The notes under the pieces: generated by a model | Told to the model about the DNA's origin: nothing | The model's input: the letters and a program-made list of their open reading frames with translations, nothing else | The model's database searches: none | In this document: positions 11,311 through 26,146 of the stretch, in pieces | Position numbering within the stretch: the first letter of the stretch is position 1 | Layout: the number at the start of each line of letters is the position of its first letter | Made by a program: the position numbers and the translations under genes | NCBI RefSeq assembly: GCF_016097555.1 | Contig: NC_054708.1 | Coordinates: forward strand, 62,460,537 to 62,524,536 | Reading direction: 5' to 3' | Length of the DNA: 64,000 bases | From: Gigantopelta aegis | Lineage: Eukaryota

Positions 11311-14198
11311 AGATTATTGCTTAAAATCACATTGGTGTACAAGACTGAATCGAAACAATAAATCAGTCGGAAATGCATACATTGTCTTGATAGATTGAAA
11401 CAATACCATGATAAAGATGGATGCATATTTTGTAGATATCAAAATTCTGTGCTACATTTCCAACACTGTCTTCATTTGCAACCTTCTTGTCACAGTCTTC
11501 AATTATGAACATTATACCAGTTTACAAAATGCTATATTGCCTTCTTCTGTTGCCATTTTCTAGCCTATATCATCGGCACTTGGTGTCACTGGGTCATATT
11601 TTACATTACAATCTAGTTGAATTAATGTCGTGTATGGTTATCAAACGATCCCTACATAGTTACACTGGGTCTCTTTTGATTCCGCCCTTCCTTGTACAGA
11701 ACAGAAACATATCCTTGCAGGCTCTACAAACATGTTCATTGTCAATACAGATATTTGCACCCGATATTTGTGAGAGCAATGGGACTCATGGAATGCCAAA
11801 CACAAAATATAGTCTCTGTTTTCTAAGAAACAGGCAACTTACTTGTATCCCTCAATTACAACATGAGCTGCATGCAATAGCAACTATCAGTCAGCTTTCA
11901 CTTGAAAATACCGGATAGCATACAACGTTGGATATTATTTTAATAGTTGTTGTTAAAACGCTTTGCCTTGGAGTATATTTGGATATACTGCCTTCCTTCA
12001 TTCTTTGACTAGGAAAGTAATTAATTTGGTTTTATTGGTGATCTGACTCCGAAAGGTTCTCAATTGGATTACAATATATGGTGCTATGATACTCGGTTGC
12101 CCCTGTTTAGAATCGGCTTTAAATAATTATCTTTCGTTGCTCTTAGCAAAAGTCCCATGGTATATAACAACCACAATGTTAACACGTTCTGTACGGCTTC
12201 CACCTCATAATGCTTTATGCAACATTGATTTACGACCTCCAAAACTTAACACAATCACTGATTACTACATGGACCAAGTCAATCCCATCGACAATAATTA
12301 TACATTTTCTGTTAGACTATCTGCTCATATCAAATTCATCTGCAACAATGCCCATGGTAGAGATACCAATGAATGTTATAATTTGCTTTGTTCCAGCTCA
12401 GTGATGCATTCAAACAGTGATTGGTCTTTGATTCATTTTCCTGGCACGAATGGCTAATGTTTCAGCTTTTTGTGTTTTGATTTTATCATGAAATGTCTTG
12501 TTATATATATTCGCTCACCCTTGAAGGTTGCATAACATTGTTCTTCGTCACGTCAAATGCAGTATTCACTGAAGATACCTTTGCAGTACAGATATTCTCA
12601 GCTTCATAAACGTTTGACTTTGGAAACTCTTTGCGATGACACTTTGATGTTCTGCTGTATCCTTTTAGCAACAGCATTGTGCCCTAACCTTGTTGTGACC
12701 TTAGGGTCCGGGTATCTTTGTTCACTTTAATTTGGTCTTTTTTAGAAATGCATTCACAAATATTGTTGCCAGAAATATGATCCACAATGCTGCCAATCTG
12801 AAGGCTTCAAACATATCAGGGTGCTCATATGGAAGATAGGTGTTGTGCTTAATAAGTTGGTGTGTATGTGCCGTAGAATCACTAACTTAACAACACTAAG
12901 AAGGCTAAACAATGCATCTATGTAACTGTGACGTATCGTCAAATATTTTGAAAACTCTTCATTTCTATGGGACAGACATTTTCATAAATCTTTCCAGAGA
13001 TTGTTTAACTCTGCAAAAAATGTGGTTGTTTTTTTGCCCAAATAGTAAACTGACCAGGCTAGTCTCACAACACTTTTAGTACTTCATAATATACTTGTAC
13101 ATGGTCGTACATCTTCACTTCAAGGACTCGACTAACTACGTCTTCAGCAATCCTATGTACAAGCCTTGAACTCACCATCAAATGATGCCTATAGCACTGA
13201 GAATGATTCCATTCTTAGGATAATAATGACATAGCCGTCGTTATGTCTTTGCAAACTGTTTGAATTATCAGTATGGCAATGGTTTGTAAAGGCAGTTTTA
13301 TTCTGATACGCTCTGGTTCACTGTATTAATGCAATTCATAAATAGGTAAACTTGAATATAATAAAAGTTTGTTGTTTTGATTTTGAAGTTGTGGAATCAA
13401 CAGTATGCCTTTTTGGGTATGGTCATGTTACGATTTGTTACTATCTTCAATGAACTCTTTGTACAAAGATACAATTTTAAACAATAATACCGTTGTAGTC
13501 ATTGTTATATTACAAAGATAAATATATGATCAATATGGGTTTTAAATCAATAACATAGACTTTTAATCGGTTTTAGTCTAACGAGAGCTTATTTTAATGA
13601 CATCTCACCAAAATATAACGTCAAATTCACTTTAAATGTAGGGTCTAAGTAGTATTTAGCAGCCTAATGTAGATTTGTGTGCAATAAAATCTTTGAAACA
13701 GAACATTTGAGGGTGTCAACCTAAACCTTAAGAGCAACTACTTTTGTGAAATAGTGGAAATTGCATTACGTAATGTAAAATAAAGTGTTACGTGAAACCC
13801 TAACCCTCTATGGATGACACGATTGCTTCTATTTCTTAACTTTATATTGCACTAACTTGCTTTTCCCTTATTTTTGCTTTGACAATCCTTATAAATATTT
13901 TATAATGTGTTTTATTTAGTCACTGTTAACTATGCCATTGAAATATTGCTGTTGAGAGAATAGGAGTTGGGTTATAAAATGTATAATTACACAGCAATTC
14001 CTGCAACAAAACTTTATTTATAGTATGTAAATAATCACTGGATGTCCAAATGAGCTTCTGCCTAAACTGTATTTTAAATTTCTACCGAGAAATAAAACTT
14101 GTATAAATTGTATTTTCCAATATTACAGAATAAAGTGTTATATGAGACCATGTTTTGTATTCCTAAATGCTCTGACAAATAGTTTACAATGCTTTTAA

Positions 14199-14574
14199 AG
14201 CGACATTCCTGAGTTTGCTGCAATTTTTAAGATGTTATCAACTAACAGAGACTTTTTAACGATTGTAATTACATATCAAATATATTTTCCTGCATAAAAT
14301 ATCAGCGGCTGTATATTAGAAGTGTTTCTGATCATTCTAATATGTGTACTACTTTAAATTTCATTTTATTTCCTAATATATATTTTTTCGTACGTACGAA
14401 ATTATTTGAAGACAAAATCCAGTTTGGGCTTCTTACAAATATTAAGACGACCAGAAACACATTGAACATACAGACACTGATATTCTAAAACAAGAAAATA
14501 TGTTTAATATGTAAGTTTTATCGTAGAAATATTTTATTAGTCGGAAACATCTTACAATTCAGCAAAATGTCCCT
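14199..14574. mobile_element. piggyBac-like palindromic MITE, copy 2 (TTAA at 14195-14198 and 14575-14578)
   Basis: Terminus agcgacattcctgagtttgctgca on the left and gcaaaatgtccct on the right; central cgtacgtacgaa; same family as 8558-8940. Confidence 0.7.
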
Positions 14575-17546
14575 TTAATATAGTCACTTTTTATTTTATT
14601 TTATAGCAATTCTGTATAAATATAAATGTCGTGGAAATGGAGGTAGGGTCACACAACGGGTAGATACACACAGAAAGCTGTGAGTCCTGAAATGCTATAA
14701 TGTTTTCTATTCCCGGGGATGTAGGCCTTGACAAAAATCATTATTTGCCTTTTCATTTTATGTTTTTTTTTTCTTCTTAGTATTTATTTGCCACTATTCG
14801 CTTGAAGTGAGATATATGTATGTAAACAGAGGTTCTGTAAATAAAGACAATTTAAAAATATTTATCATTCCAGACGAAGTCGAAAGGGTCCGGAACCCCC
14901 ACCCCTGCTCAGGGCAACGTTTTCCCCCACTTATTTTAATGAATGAATAGGCAGTCTTAAATGTGTTTCATTTAATGAGTTACATATGACCCTCCCCCCA
15001 CTGCAAAAAATTCTGAATTCGCGCCTGCATTATATGTCTCACCACCCATACTCCATAAATTCAAAATTATTTTTGACCGATTTCTAACTCCTCTCCAACC
15101 AATAACACTGGAATTATATATTGCTACGGTCCTAAATGTACAACTAAAATATTAAATTACGCGCATATTCGTGCAAGTTATGGGCCTTGACTAATATTAA
15201 CCTAATCACTTCAAATAGCAACTACTCGAAGAGTAATCCATTTACCACAGCATAACAATCAGTTTTAGAACATCACAACTGAAAGCAATTTCCCAAACCT
15301 CCAAGCACATGGATAAGTAGCTTTCGTCCTTGCAGTAGGTGTTCTGTTAGAAGTATGGCACTTCTATCTCGAACACGTCACGTGTAAACGCGAGGTGAGT
15401 TCTTGAAGGGTTTCATCAAATTATTGCAGATTACCAATGCCTGGCGACGGAATGCGACGCACAGTTTGTGAAAACTCTTCTACTAATTAGCCGAGGCAAG
15501 GCCAAGCAATGGAAGCATACACGATTGAACCTAGAATGTTCTATCTTAATTTGATCATAATTAGGTTAACGTCCAATCAAGACAAATTATGTTTGATACG
15601 GAATTATTGTTGACAATCCTGAAGGCTAATCTAAAACGTTCACTGCAAGTGAGGAGAGTTCAAGTTACTGATCAAGTTAGCATCTTTTTTTGTGGGAATG
15701 TTTGGTAGATTTGATAAACTTAATACTTCTTGCAGTTGTATGTATTAGTGGGTTTTTGGTTTCAGCGCCATCCCCTGTAGGCCTGGAGATAAAGACAAAC
15801 TCTGGTCAAACCCAAGACAGTGGGAAATATTATTGTAGGCATGTAGATCTCATGGATTTCATGTTAGTAGGTCTTGTCCTGCTTAATGTCAAGTTATTTT
15901 TTTTTATGTCGCATAGGAACAAACCTTAACCGAGATTTCATATATAAGTAATCATCTAAATTTCATATATAAGTAATTATCTAATATAGTTATTTAACTT
16001 TGAAAATATCTTTGGCGTTAACATTGGGGACATTCCATATCAATTCATCACAGTTTTTGTCATCATCGTCACTCATTTTCTTAAAATATTGTAGCATGGT
16101 TGGTATTTTTGAGAACCTCCCTGTCATGGAGAGAACTCTCAGGCGAAGTCAGAGGTTATGCCCACGACACGTGTGCCTGAACAGTTCTCTGGTGTAAGCA
16201 TGCCAAAACCTTCCCACACTAAATTATATTTACTTATAATTACTTTTAGAGATATAGGCTATTGAGAAATTTTGCCTAATTAGCATGACCATAATAAGGC
16301 ACCTAGAGAATTGATTTTTATACCATTTTAAGCTCGTTTGAAACCCCTTGTAATCTATGGAAACGTTTTTTTTCTTCTTTTTTTTCAAATTCACATTTTA
16401 AATATTTAACCCTCATCTACGAAAAATGTATATATTTTAAAATAAAATAAGCAACAATTACGGTTTATCATGCCTTAAAGTTTTTTTTTTTTTAATCAAT
16501 TCTATGAACACCATTTTTATTTTTTAAAAATACAAGAATGATCGTATTCTAATTGACATACATGTATGAACATTTTAGAAAGCTTTCTTAAAAAACAACG
16601 TTTTAAACGTTCTACACCCTTTTTAAACCCGCGTTTTCGCCTTCCCATCGTATATGACAAAGTTACGCACTGTTTTTACTAGTAATCTGAAACAAAAACG
16701 CGATCACGTTTAAAACATTTTTATTTCACCTTGTCCAAACATCATTTGGACTCCGTCAACAGATAATTTGAAACAATTTGAGATACTCTTTCACGTAACA
16801 ACATTACACTTAAATCTGGCCGTTTTACGGTATGCATATGACCATGAACTGTCATTTGTGTGTGTTTTTGAGATAGAGTTCTTTCTGAAAAGGGGCGTTA
16901 TTCGCACGACGAGATTTACATCATTCGCAAGATTAACTGCATAAACAAGGCGGAATAAACGAATAGCCCAAACAGCTGATTCAAACCAGTGGTATGATTG
17001 GAGTTACGCCCTGCCTACTTTCATCAGATGTTTTGCCTATTCAGCAATTTCAGTGACAACATGGCCAACAAAGTAAGACAGATTGTTCCCCAAGCAGCTA
17101 CATGTCTAAGAACGGGCGTGAACAGTTGAAAATGCCTAATGTATTTGCAGTTCTGTACTTATGGGGATCCTTCTATAATTTGATGATCGCTCTAAAGTTT
17201 AGACTCATCTAGACACTACTATGGAACAGATGCCACGAAATGCGATGAATAAACTCTGGTTTACGTCAATGAAAGACAAATTATTAGGTCTGTATGTTGA
17301 AAGAATCGCATTTTATCACGTAAAATGCAAATAATAAACTAAACGCATTAAATTACCAAAGCTCACCTCAACGTACCCACTGGCGGGTTTCACATTTCAG
17401 AACACTGACTGAGTTCATTACACAGATTTGAAAAAGAACCCAAAACACCCCCCCACCCGCCCCCAAAAACCCCCCTCAAAACAACTGCTAATATTTAGCT
17501 TGTTGCTGCTTTCTCACATTCATTTAAACTTAAGCGTATGAGACGT

Positions 17547-17566
17547 GGGGGGGGGGGGGGGGGGGG
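17547..17566. repeat. Poly-G homopolymer (about 20 nt) butting onto a SINE 5' end
   Basis: tgggggggggggggggggggggacgggacatagcc. Confidence 0.9.
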
Positions 17567-17880
17567 ACGGGACATAGCCCGGTGGTAAAGCACTCGCTTG
17601 ATGCGCGGTCGGTCTGGGATCGATCCCCGTCGGTGGACTCACGGGGCTATTTCTCGTTCCAGCCAGTACATCACAACTGGTATATCAAAGGTCGTGGTAT
17701 GTGTTATCGTGGCTGTGGGATTATGCATATAAAACAAATCCCTTTGCTACTAATGGAAAAATGTAGCGGGTTTTTTCTCTTGGACAATATGTCAAAATTA
17801 TCAAATGATTGACATCCAGTAGCCGATTATTAATAACTCAATGTGTTCTAGTGGTGTCGTTAAACAAAACAAACTTTAAA
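17564..17880 (+). mobile_element. tRNA-derived SINE, family A, full-length copy
   Basis: The head gggacgggacatagcccggtggtaaagcactcgcttgatgcgcggtcgg...gatcgatccccg carries A-box-like and B-box-like segments. The body reads gggctatttctcgttccagccag...ggtcgtggtatgtg...cccacag...agcaagggat...gtagcgggttt. The tail reads gacatccagtagccgat...caatgtgttctagtggtgtcgttaaacaaaacaaacttt. Confidence 0.8.
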
Positions 17881-18044
17881 CGAGACGTGGGGGAAGGGGG
17901 CAGAGGTCAACTGCCCTTCCCTCCCCCATGCCCAAGAGAAGGGGGAAATCTTCGCATTCGGGCAAAACCGATGGAGAGTGATTTTGTTTCTCAGTTTACA
18001 ACCCAATATAGCTGTTGGAAATTATGAAAATATGAATCAACGTT

Positions 18045-18263
18045 GTAAACCACTTGTACCGACCAGTGATCCATAACTGGTTCAACAAAGGCCATGGTTT
18101 GTGCTATCCTGCCTGTGGGAAGCGCAAATAAAAGATTCCTTGCTGCCTGTCATAGAAGAGTAGCCTATGTGGCGACAGCTAGTTTCCTCTAAAAAAGACT
18201 TTGTCAGAATGACCATATGTTTGACGTCCAATAGCCGATGATAAAATAAAAAATCAATGTGCT
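18045..18263 (+). mobile_element. 5' part of a SINE copy (A body, 5' truncated) interrupted by the LTR retrotransposon; the remainder of the SINE is at 23951-23990
   Basis: accgaccagtgatccataactggttcaacaaaggccatgg...tccaatagccgatgataaaataaaaaatcaatgtgct on one side of the insertion, ctagtggcgtcgttaaataaaacaaactttactttac on the other. This matches the uninterrupted SINE tail caatgtgctctagtggcgtcgttaaa seen at 31057-31100. Confidence 0.8.
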
Positions 18264-19389
18264 TGTCACGGGGATCCTATAATACCCGTAACTGAATAAA
18301 ACACGATTATCCAAATATCTCTTCTAACTGTATATCTATTAGATCTCTCTGTATCGGGCAGGCTACTACCCGAGTGACCCGGCTCTAGGAGTAATCAGAG
18401 ATAAGATCTATATATATATATATATATGTAGCACATTTAGTTCACTAGAAAACACAACAAAACACAATACACTTTGGAATCTGTATTAACTCTAACGCTG
18501 ACAAATGTACTTGCCGCAGTAGTTAATTAACAACAACAATATAATAACAACTCAGAACTAACCACTTAATTAGTTAATCACTAGGTGTCTAGTTTACACA
18601 ATATTCTAATCACTTCACCGTGATACAACACACACACGTGTGATAATTGAGAAACGCTGCCAGGGGAACTTAATTAATAAAGGAATTACAACTCTATTCC
18701 TAACTGGTTAATTTTTAATTAACCCGTAACTACTCATTCAGTAACCGTGTAATACAGAATTAATACTGGTACATACCCCAATAAAGACAATAACCTACAG
18801 TTTACCTAGGTCCTCTAGGATGACTGGCTAAGCTTTAATATTTTAGAACAGTGAAGCCTACAATTTACTTCGTCAGATTACCGGAGACACTGTCTAAATA
18901 ATATTGGTATAATACAGTATTAAAATATTTAAAGTCACATCAATCACATCAAGGTTATACAACAGAGAAGAAAAATATATTTACCAGTTCAGTCGGACAA
19001 CGTTCCCCGGGAGCCTTCCAATGTTTCTCCTCGATATATCTAAAATCCAATCTATTTATTAAAAAATCTCAGAGACAGCGAATATCGCCTGGGCACAACG
19101 CGGTACCTCACCTATCATGTGATATTTCCACAACTCCCAGGGACGGTATTTTTTTCTTAGATGGCCAGACTTACTGTCGCCAGTTCGCTAGAAATACCCC
19201 GGTCGTAAACCGCACTACCGGAGTTATTACGTAACTACTGTCCACATGGCCTCCACAACTGGTCTAAGTGCATATTGGGACGCAGCTCTACCACCGTCGC
19301 GCAGGGGTATTACGTAACCAAGCTGCACACGGCCCTCTAAAACAATTAACATCGCCATAGGCGAAAAGATAAGAGCATGATCCGTCACA
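18264..19389 (-). repeat. 3' LTR of the LTR retrotransposon (relative to the coding orientation)
   Basis: About 96-97% identical by eye to 22815-23945. It contains an internal (TA)n and has TG...CA termini. Confidence 0.9.
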
Positions 19390-19873
19390 CACACCCACCT
19401 CAAAAAGGATATTTCCTCTACTCTAGGAATAGGGAAATATACTACATTTAAAGAAAACAAAATGTGCGTTAACCGACGCATCCGGGCATTTATAACACAT
19501 AGTAATAAGGTGACTACCAGTAATCACACTGAGTCTCTAAGTCCCTGGTATACAATAAAATATATAAACAAAAACAGTCAACACATTATCACAACGTTCA
19601 ACTTCGGGACAGGGCATCAGCGATTACATTGGATGTGCCCTTGATATGTTCAATGGTAATTGGGAATTCCTGCAGAAGAAGACTCCATCTAAAAACTCTC
19701 TGGTTGGTGGCGAATGAAAGTAAGCGGATTATGATCAGTAAAGACCACCACTTGATGCAATGCCGACTTCACGTAGATCTGAAAATGCTTCAGAGCTTGT
19801 ACCATGGCCAAAGCTTCCTTCTCTATAGTGGAATAGTTCACCTCGTGTATGTCAAACTTTTTCGAGAAGAAAC

Positions 19874-21305
19874 TTACAGGATGGTCCAGTCCATTTTCGG
19901 TTCTTGGAACAGCACAGCTCCAGCTCCCACGTCACTGGCATCCACAATGTCGTGTTCCAACATGTAATCTATCTCCTTTTTCAGTGCCGCACGTTTTACA
20001 GGGTTTATCCGATAGGCATGCTTTCGAATCGGTGTAGCGTTGGGTTCCAAGCGCACATCCTGGATTAAGTTAGTAACCGTAGGAAAGTCCTGACAAATGG
20101 AAACATTGTCTTGTATCAATGTAGTCAACTTTGCTCGCTGGGGGCTGTCAAGGTGCTGTAGATAAGAACTCAAGTCTGCTAGAATCTGGCTATTGGTTAA
20201 CTTGATCTCTGCAGTCTTGACGTCATCACAGGAAGTTGAGTGACTCTCAATTTGGACAGGCAACACTGGAACTATCGGCAGTCTGTCAAAATAACCTTTT
20301 AGCAAATTGATGTGACAATACCTACTTTTCCTAACCCTATCAGGAGTGTTTATCACATACCCTGTCTCATTAACCCGTTTGTGCACAACATAGGGACCGA
20401 AATACCGGTTCTGTAATGAACCCCGTTTGCTTCCTAGCTAGTTCGGTCGCCTGCCACAACCTATCTGTAACTCTCCCTACATAAATCAGCAGGTTTTCGG
20501 CATTATCCTTGTCTATATAATAACCTGACATCTGATCCTCCATCTCACCCTCAGTTAACAATGTAGTGCGAGCTGCCAACAAATTTAGATCAGCCCCCTG
20601 CTCTAGGATTAACTCTTGTCTATTACAAGGTAAGTCCCCTCTATCAAACACAACTGGTTCATTTCCCCTCTGCGGGAAATCAACAGGTTCCACCACATTT
20701 AGTTCCTCAGTTGATTTATCTACCATTTTACTGATAACCTCATCCACTCCAATTTCATGGCTCACACATGTATCAGAAAAATCACAATTTTTCTCTGTGT
20801 CTCGTGCTACCCTTGCCATAGCCCTAGTCATTACACACGCAGGATATCTAATCTCATCAACCTCACACTCTTCTATGGGTAAAGGGCTGTCTTCAATGAA
20901 CAATTTGTCACCTTGCGGCTGGCAACACTGACTAGGCAAATCGTTACCCAACAAAACTCCTATGTTTTCAAAAGGCAAGTCCTTCACAACACCCATAATG
21001 ACTGGTCCCTTCACAAACTTCGAACAGAAGAAAACGTTATGTAACCGGACAACCATATTTTCCCCAGTAACCGAGGTTAAGTCCAAACTACGTCCTGTAT
21101 CTGAATTCTCCACACCAGCTAAACACTCTGACGTTACAAGAGACTGGCTACATCCTGTATCTCGATAGATTAATATTGCCTTAGGACTCAACTCTTGTTT
21201 CACATCACAAACCATACCAGTGGACACATACGGGTTTACTTTCTCTGCCATAGGTCTAACCATTAACTCTCTCGCTAACGGAGCTGACCTCACTAAACCG
21301 ACCAC
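19874..21305 (-). pseudogene. pol fragment: gag zinc knuckle, retropepsin (aspartic protease) and the N-terminal part of reverse transcriptase. The rest of RT, plus RNase H and integrase, is absent.
   Basis: ORF 20370-21305 reads QCTDFRPHCSYCKKDNHLVGDC (CX2CX4HX4C), then LIYRDTGCSQSLV (DTG protease), then LLGNDL. ORF 19874-20386 reads RKHAYRINPVKRAALKKEIDYMLEHDIV, which is RT-N-terminus-like. Only about 485 bp separate it from the 3' LTR. Confidence 0.75.
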
Positions 21306-22126
21306 TTGCGCATTATCGCGTTTCCTTTTAAAACAGTCCCCGACAAGATGGTTATCCTTTTTACAGTAACTGCAATGTGGACGAAAATCCGTGCATTGGC
21401 TGATAATGCAGGTTTATCCTTACTTTGCCCACCAGGTGCATTCCTTGCCTGACTAGCTGCCCAACTAAATGACTCTCTCCGATAGTTACTTTCCCGGGAA
21501 AAACCTGGCTGAAATTTCTTCTTATCACCCTGATGTATAGAGCTACCCTGTACTGCCTGAGCTTTGTGTATTAACACGTAATCATCTGCCGCTATGCCTG
21601 CCTCCTCTATTTTTTTGATATCATGATCCTCTAAATGAATACGTAAGCTAACTGGTAATTCATTTTTAATGTCCTGTAAGATCAACAATTCCCGTAACTC
21701 GGTATATGACCCTACCTGATGAGAAACCACCCATTTATCAAACATCCCTGCTTTCTTAGCCACAAACTCACTATAAAACTGACGCTGCGTTCTTGTCAAC
21801 TCGCTATACCGTAAACGATAATCCTCAGGTCATAACTCATAAGCCCTCAACACTGCAGACTTAACTAGGTCGTACTGACTTGCTCGCTCATCACTCATTG
21901 AATCATAAGCTACGCTAGCCTTCCCCTTAAACGTAGACACGGCTAACAATGTCCACTTAGACTGCGGCCAATTTAGCTGCTTAGCGGCCCGTTCAAAAAG
22001 TTGGAAGAACATATCTACCTCCTGGTCGTCAAATACAGGCACTGATCTATAAGCCTCCGACATGTTAAACCTATTTCCTGCCTCTTGTCTAACTTCTTCA
22101 GTATTCAACTTTAACTCATGTTCCAC
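21293..22126 (-). pseudogene. gag (capsid-like) of the LTR retrotransposon, split into two ORFs (21830-22126 and 21293-21799)
   Basis: The gag-like segment reads FFQLFERAAKQLNWPQSKWTLLAVSTFKGKASVAYDSM...AVLRAYEL, continuing into RTQRQFYSEFVAKKAGMFDKWV. It lies upstream of the pol frame and is separated from it by a frame change. Confidence 0.7.
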
Positions 22127-22138
22127 TTTTAATTTTGT

Positions 22139-22376
<238 letters not shown>

Positions 22377-22814
22377 GCACGTGCTTCTCTTTCGTACTCA
22401 AGCCTCAAGCTTTTTAAAAGCTAACTGTTGTTCCACACTTAACTCATTTATCTCTATTTGTGGAACAATCTCACTTTCTTCCATAACTGGACTATCACCA
22501 ACAACTTCCTGGATAATAATTGTCCTTATATCTCCTAATGTTTTAGCTGATGTTAAATCAATTTCCCGCTCACTCGTGATTTCAACTAATTCGGCCTTAC
22601 GCGCCCGCTTTATCTCCACTACACTGAGCGTATCCAGCAAATTCTTATCCATGTTTAGATATGACACACTTATTATTTATTTTTTCTAGTGAACAACGTT
22701 GCTACTTCTAGTGAATTTGTAAACATTTTTTATAAAGCCCCCATTTACAAACCATACTTTTCAAATATGGATGTCGCGTTTCAGGTCCGGGACGAGCACC
22801 CCAATTTTTATTCT

Positions 22815-23945
22815 TGTCACGGGGATCCTATAATACCCGTACCTGAATAAAACACGATTATCCAAATATCTCTCCTAACTGTATATCTATTAGAGCTCTC
22901 TGTATCGGGCAGGCTACTACCCGAGTGGCCCGGCTCTAGGAGTAATCAGAGTTAAGATCTAATATAAATATATATATATATGTAGCACGTTTAGTTCACT
23001 AGAAAACACCACAAAACACAATACACTTTGGAATCTGTATTAACTCTAACGCTGACAAATGTACTTGCCGCAGTAGTTAATTAACATCAACAATATAATA
23101 ACAACCCAGAACTAATCACTTAATTAGTTCATCACTAGGTGTCTAGTTTACACAATATTCTAATCACTTCATCGTGATACAACACACACACGTGTGATAA
23201 TTGAGAAACGCTGCCAGGGGAACTTAATTAATAAAGGAATTACAACTCTATTCCTAACTGGTTAATTTTTAATTAACCCTTAACTACTAATTCAGTAACC
23301 TTGTAATACAGAATTAATACTGGTACATATCCCAATAAAGACAATAACCTACAGTTTACCTAGGTCCTATAAGATGACTGGCTAAGCTTTAATATTTTAG
23401 AACAGTGAAGCCTACAATTTACTTCGTCAGATTACCGGAGACACTGTCTAAATAATATTGGTATAATACAGTATTAAAATATTTAAAGTCACAACAATCA
23501 CATCAAGGTTATACAACAGAGCAGAAAAATATATTTACCAGTCCAGTCGGACAACGTTCCCCGGGAGCCTTCCAATGTTTCTCCTCGATATATCTAAAAT
23601 CCTATCTATTTATTAAAAAATCTCAGAGAAAGCGAATATCGCCTGGGGACACAACGCGGTACCTCACCTATCATGTGATATTTCCACAACTCCCAGGGAC
23701 AGTATTTTTTTCTTAGATGGCCAGACTTACTGTCGCCAGTTCGCTAGAAATACCCCGGTCGTAAACCGCACTACCGGAGTTATTACGTAACTACTGGCCA
23801 CATGGCCTCCACACCTGGTCTAAGTGCATATTGGGACGCAGCTCTACCACCGTCACGCGGGGGTATTACGTAACCAAGCTGCACACGGCCCTCTAAAACA
23901 ATTAACATCGTCACAGGCGAAACGATAAGAGCTTGTACCGTCACA
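22815..23945 (-). repeat. 5' LTR of the LTR retrotransposon. A PBS-like sequence tggggtgctcgtcccggacc lies immediately internal to it, at 22795-22814 on the reverse complement.
   Basis: Direct repeat of 18264-19389 with the same termini. The LTR/internal junction reads agaataaaaattggggtgctcgtcccgg. Confidence 0.85.
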
Positions 23946-24054
23946 GTGCTCTAGTGGCGTCGTTAAATAAAACAAACTTTACTTTACTTTTAATTCGGGC
24001 AAGAATCAGCATGCCTATCGGCAAGCCCTACAGTTAAGGAAATGTATACGGCAA

Positions 24055-24110
24055 CAATATAATATAATATAATATAATATAATAATATAATATAATATAA
24101 TATAATATAA
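24055..24110. repeat. (TAATA)n pentanucleotide microsatellite
   Basis: ataatataatataatataat run. Confidence 0.9.
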
Positions 24111-25752
24111 TTTTAAAATGCCGTTGGAAAAAAAAGAAGAGAATTTGGTGCAAGGCAAAAAATGTGCTGTGGGGATATTAAAAATTAAAATCTCCGCGGC
24201 ATTAGCCCTCGACAATTACAGGCGTTTGTCTGTAAAATCACGTGGTATTTCGTTAAGAAAATAACATTACGTAGGAGGAAATACTAATTCAAGAAAACGA
24301 AAAATCCTCGTATGGAATGGAATATACGTGTACCTTCTCACCTCGATATTTCACTTTTATAATATTGGTTATGACATGGAGAGTTAACTTCGCCACTGAA
24401 ATGTCATATAATGATGCTAAAAGTACATAGCGACATCAAAATTGTTTAAGCCTAATAATGCTATTTACTGGCTACGCTGAAATCACAGTTGCACTATGCA
24501 ACCCCACCATTCATAGAGGAAAATGTAATTTTGGGGAAATAGCTGCATCTGTGATATAAATGAGAGATTACAAAATAATATATTCACGGAATTGGACTTC
24601 CTAGTGTCTAGACTCGTAATGTGAGTTATTAAAAATAAGCTCTTTTGAAAAACAAAATATATCCTAGTATATATAGTTTGGTATATAAATTGCATTTTAT
24701 TTAAACACCATTGGGATATTCTGGGTATTGAAAATGTACCACATCTGCACCAGTAGAACTAATTTTAATCGGATTGCTAACAACACTGCGTAGTCCCCAA
24801 TGTCCAGGTAACATTTCGTCTGTAAATAATAATTTAAATATTGACCAATCACACTTCACCTTTTATAACGTTATTTGGGAGCATACAAATTCTAAAAATA
24901 TCGGGCGAGTCTATTTTAGTGGCCGCAGTACAGCGAACCATACCAATACGTACGTGGTGGGTTATCAGTCTTCAATTTTACATTAAATATTATTTATTTA
25001 TTTATATAAAAAAACAACCTAAATCAGTCTTCAGTTTTACATTACAAATTATTTATTTTATAAAATAAAACATGTTTTAAGCCATTCGTAATTCACACGA
25101 AACATGTATACCCTCAGGATAATTCGGAATGTTTTCAAATTATTTTTAAATCACTGGCAGGATTCTGCAAGTAAGGTTTTGATTGGTGGACATGAGCTCC
25201 AACTGGCTGGTGTTAGATCCACATGTAATAGTGGAGCTAATTTTAATTAGATTGATTCGAGGGCTTATTAATGTTTAGGGTTCAAGTCTCACAAGAATTA
25301 ACTGCGCGCTGTTGATTTTGACCTCGCGCATCAACATTTAAAAAAATAATTTCCCTCGGTATGACGTCGATTTTTGCCATGCTTTTTTTGCTATGACGTA
25401 AAACCGCATTTGGAGCTAAAATGCCATTGCACATGAACTAGGACGTGTATTCTAATTTCAATTTAAATATGCCCCTTATTTTGGTATCAAATAAACTCAC
25501 CTTTTTTCAGCAATCCATGCGTTAAAAAAAGCTGCATCGCCGCATCAATTTTGGAACTTTGGTCTGACCATTGGTAAGGCGTTCTAAGAGCATCGAGTCT
25601 AGTTCTGCAACACACTGCCTCGTCTAAAACCAAGTCGTCAAATGGCAGATACACTTTCTTATATTACAGGGACCGTCCTATGTTCTCTGCCAGTTTAAAT
25701 TGTTTCTGACTAACAAAGCCCTTTGAACAACTGAAATTACACATTGTATACA

Positions 25753-25754
25753 TG

Positions 25755-25786
<32 letters not shown>

Positions 25787-25790
25787 TGTA

Positions 25791-25858
<68 letters not shown>
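25753..25858. repeat. Compound microsatellite (ATGT)n(GT)n(TA)n
   Basis: Visible runs. Confidence 0.9.
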
Positions 25859-25863
<5 letters not shown>

Positions 25864-26146
25864 CCTATACCTTACCCATGATATCCATGTCATAAACCCA
25901 TGTGATAATTTACTTTATTAACCCGGTTAATAATGAAATGCAAATTTGCAAGGTCTCTAGGTAATGTGTTGCTGTGGATAGGTCATTTGCTTACAAGCCA
26001 ACAAGACCCGTGTACCTGAGCGTAATGTTTTCAAAGATTTGTTTAAAATGCGTGACGTCAAACTAATCTGTGCTAATCGTGATGACGTCATATTATCGAT
26101 GGTGGCGACTTCAGTACTGTGATTTACTAAAAAACTTAAAGCCTCA
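25855..26146. repeat. Dispersed/segmental repeat X, copy 1 (paralogue of 27352-27630), starting at a compound microsatellite
   Basis: tttatcctata(c/a)cttacccat(g/a)atatccatgtcataaacccatgtgataatttacttt...tgacgtcaaactaatctgtgctaatcgtgatgacgtcat is shared by both copies. Confidence 0.8.
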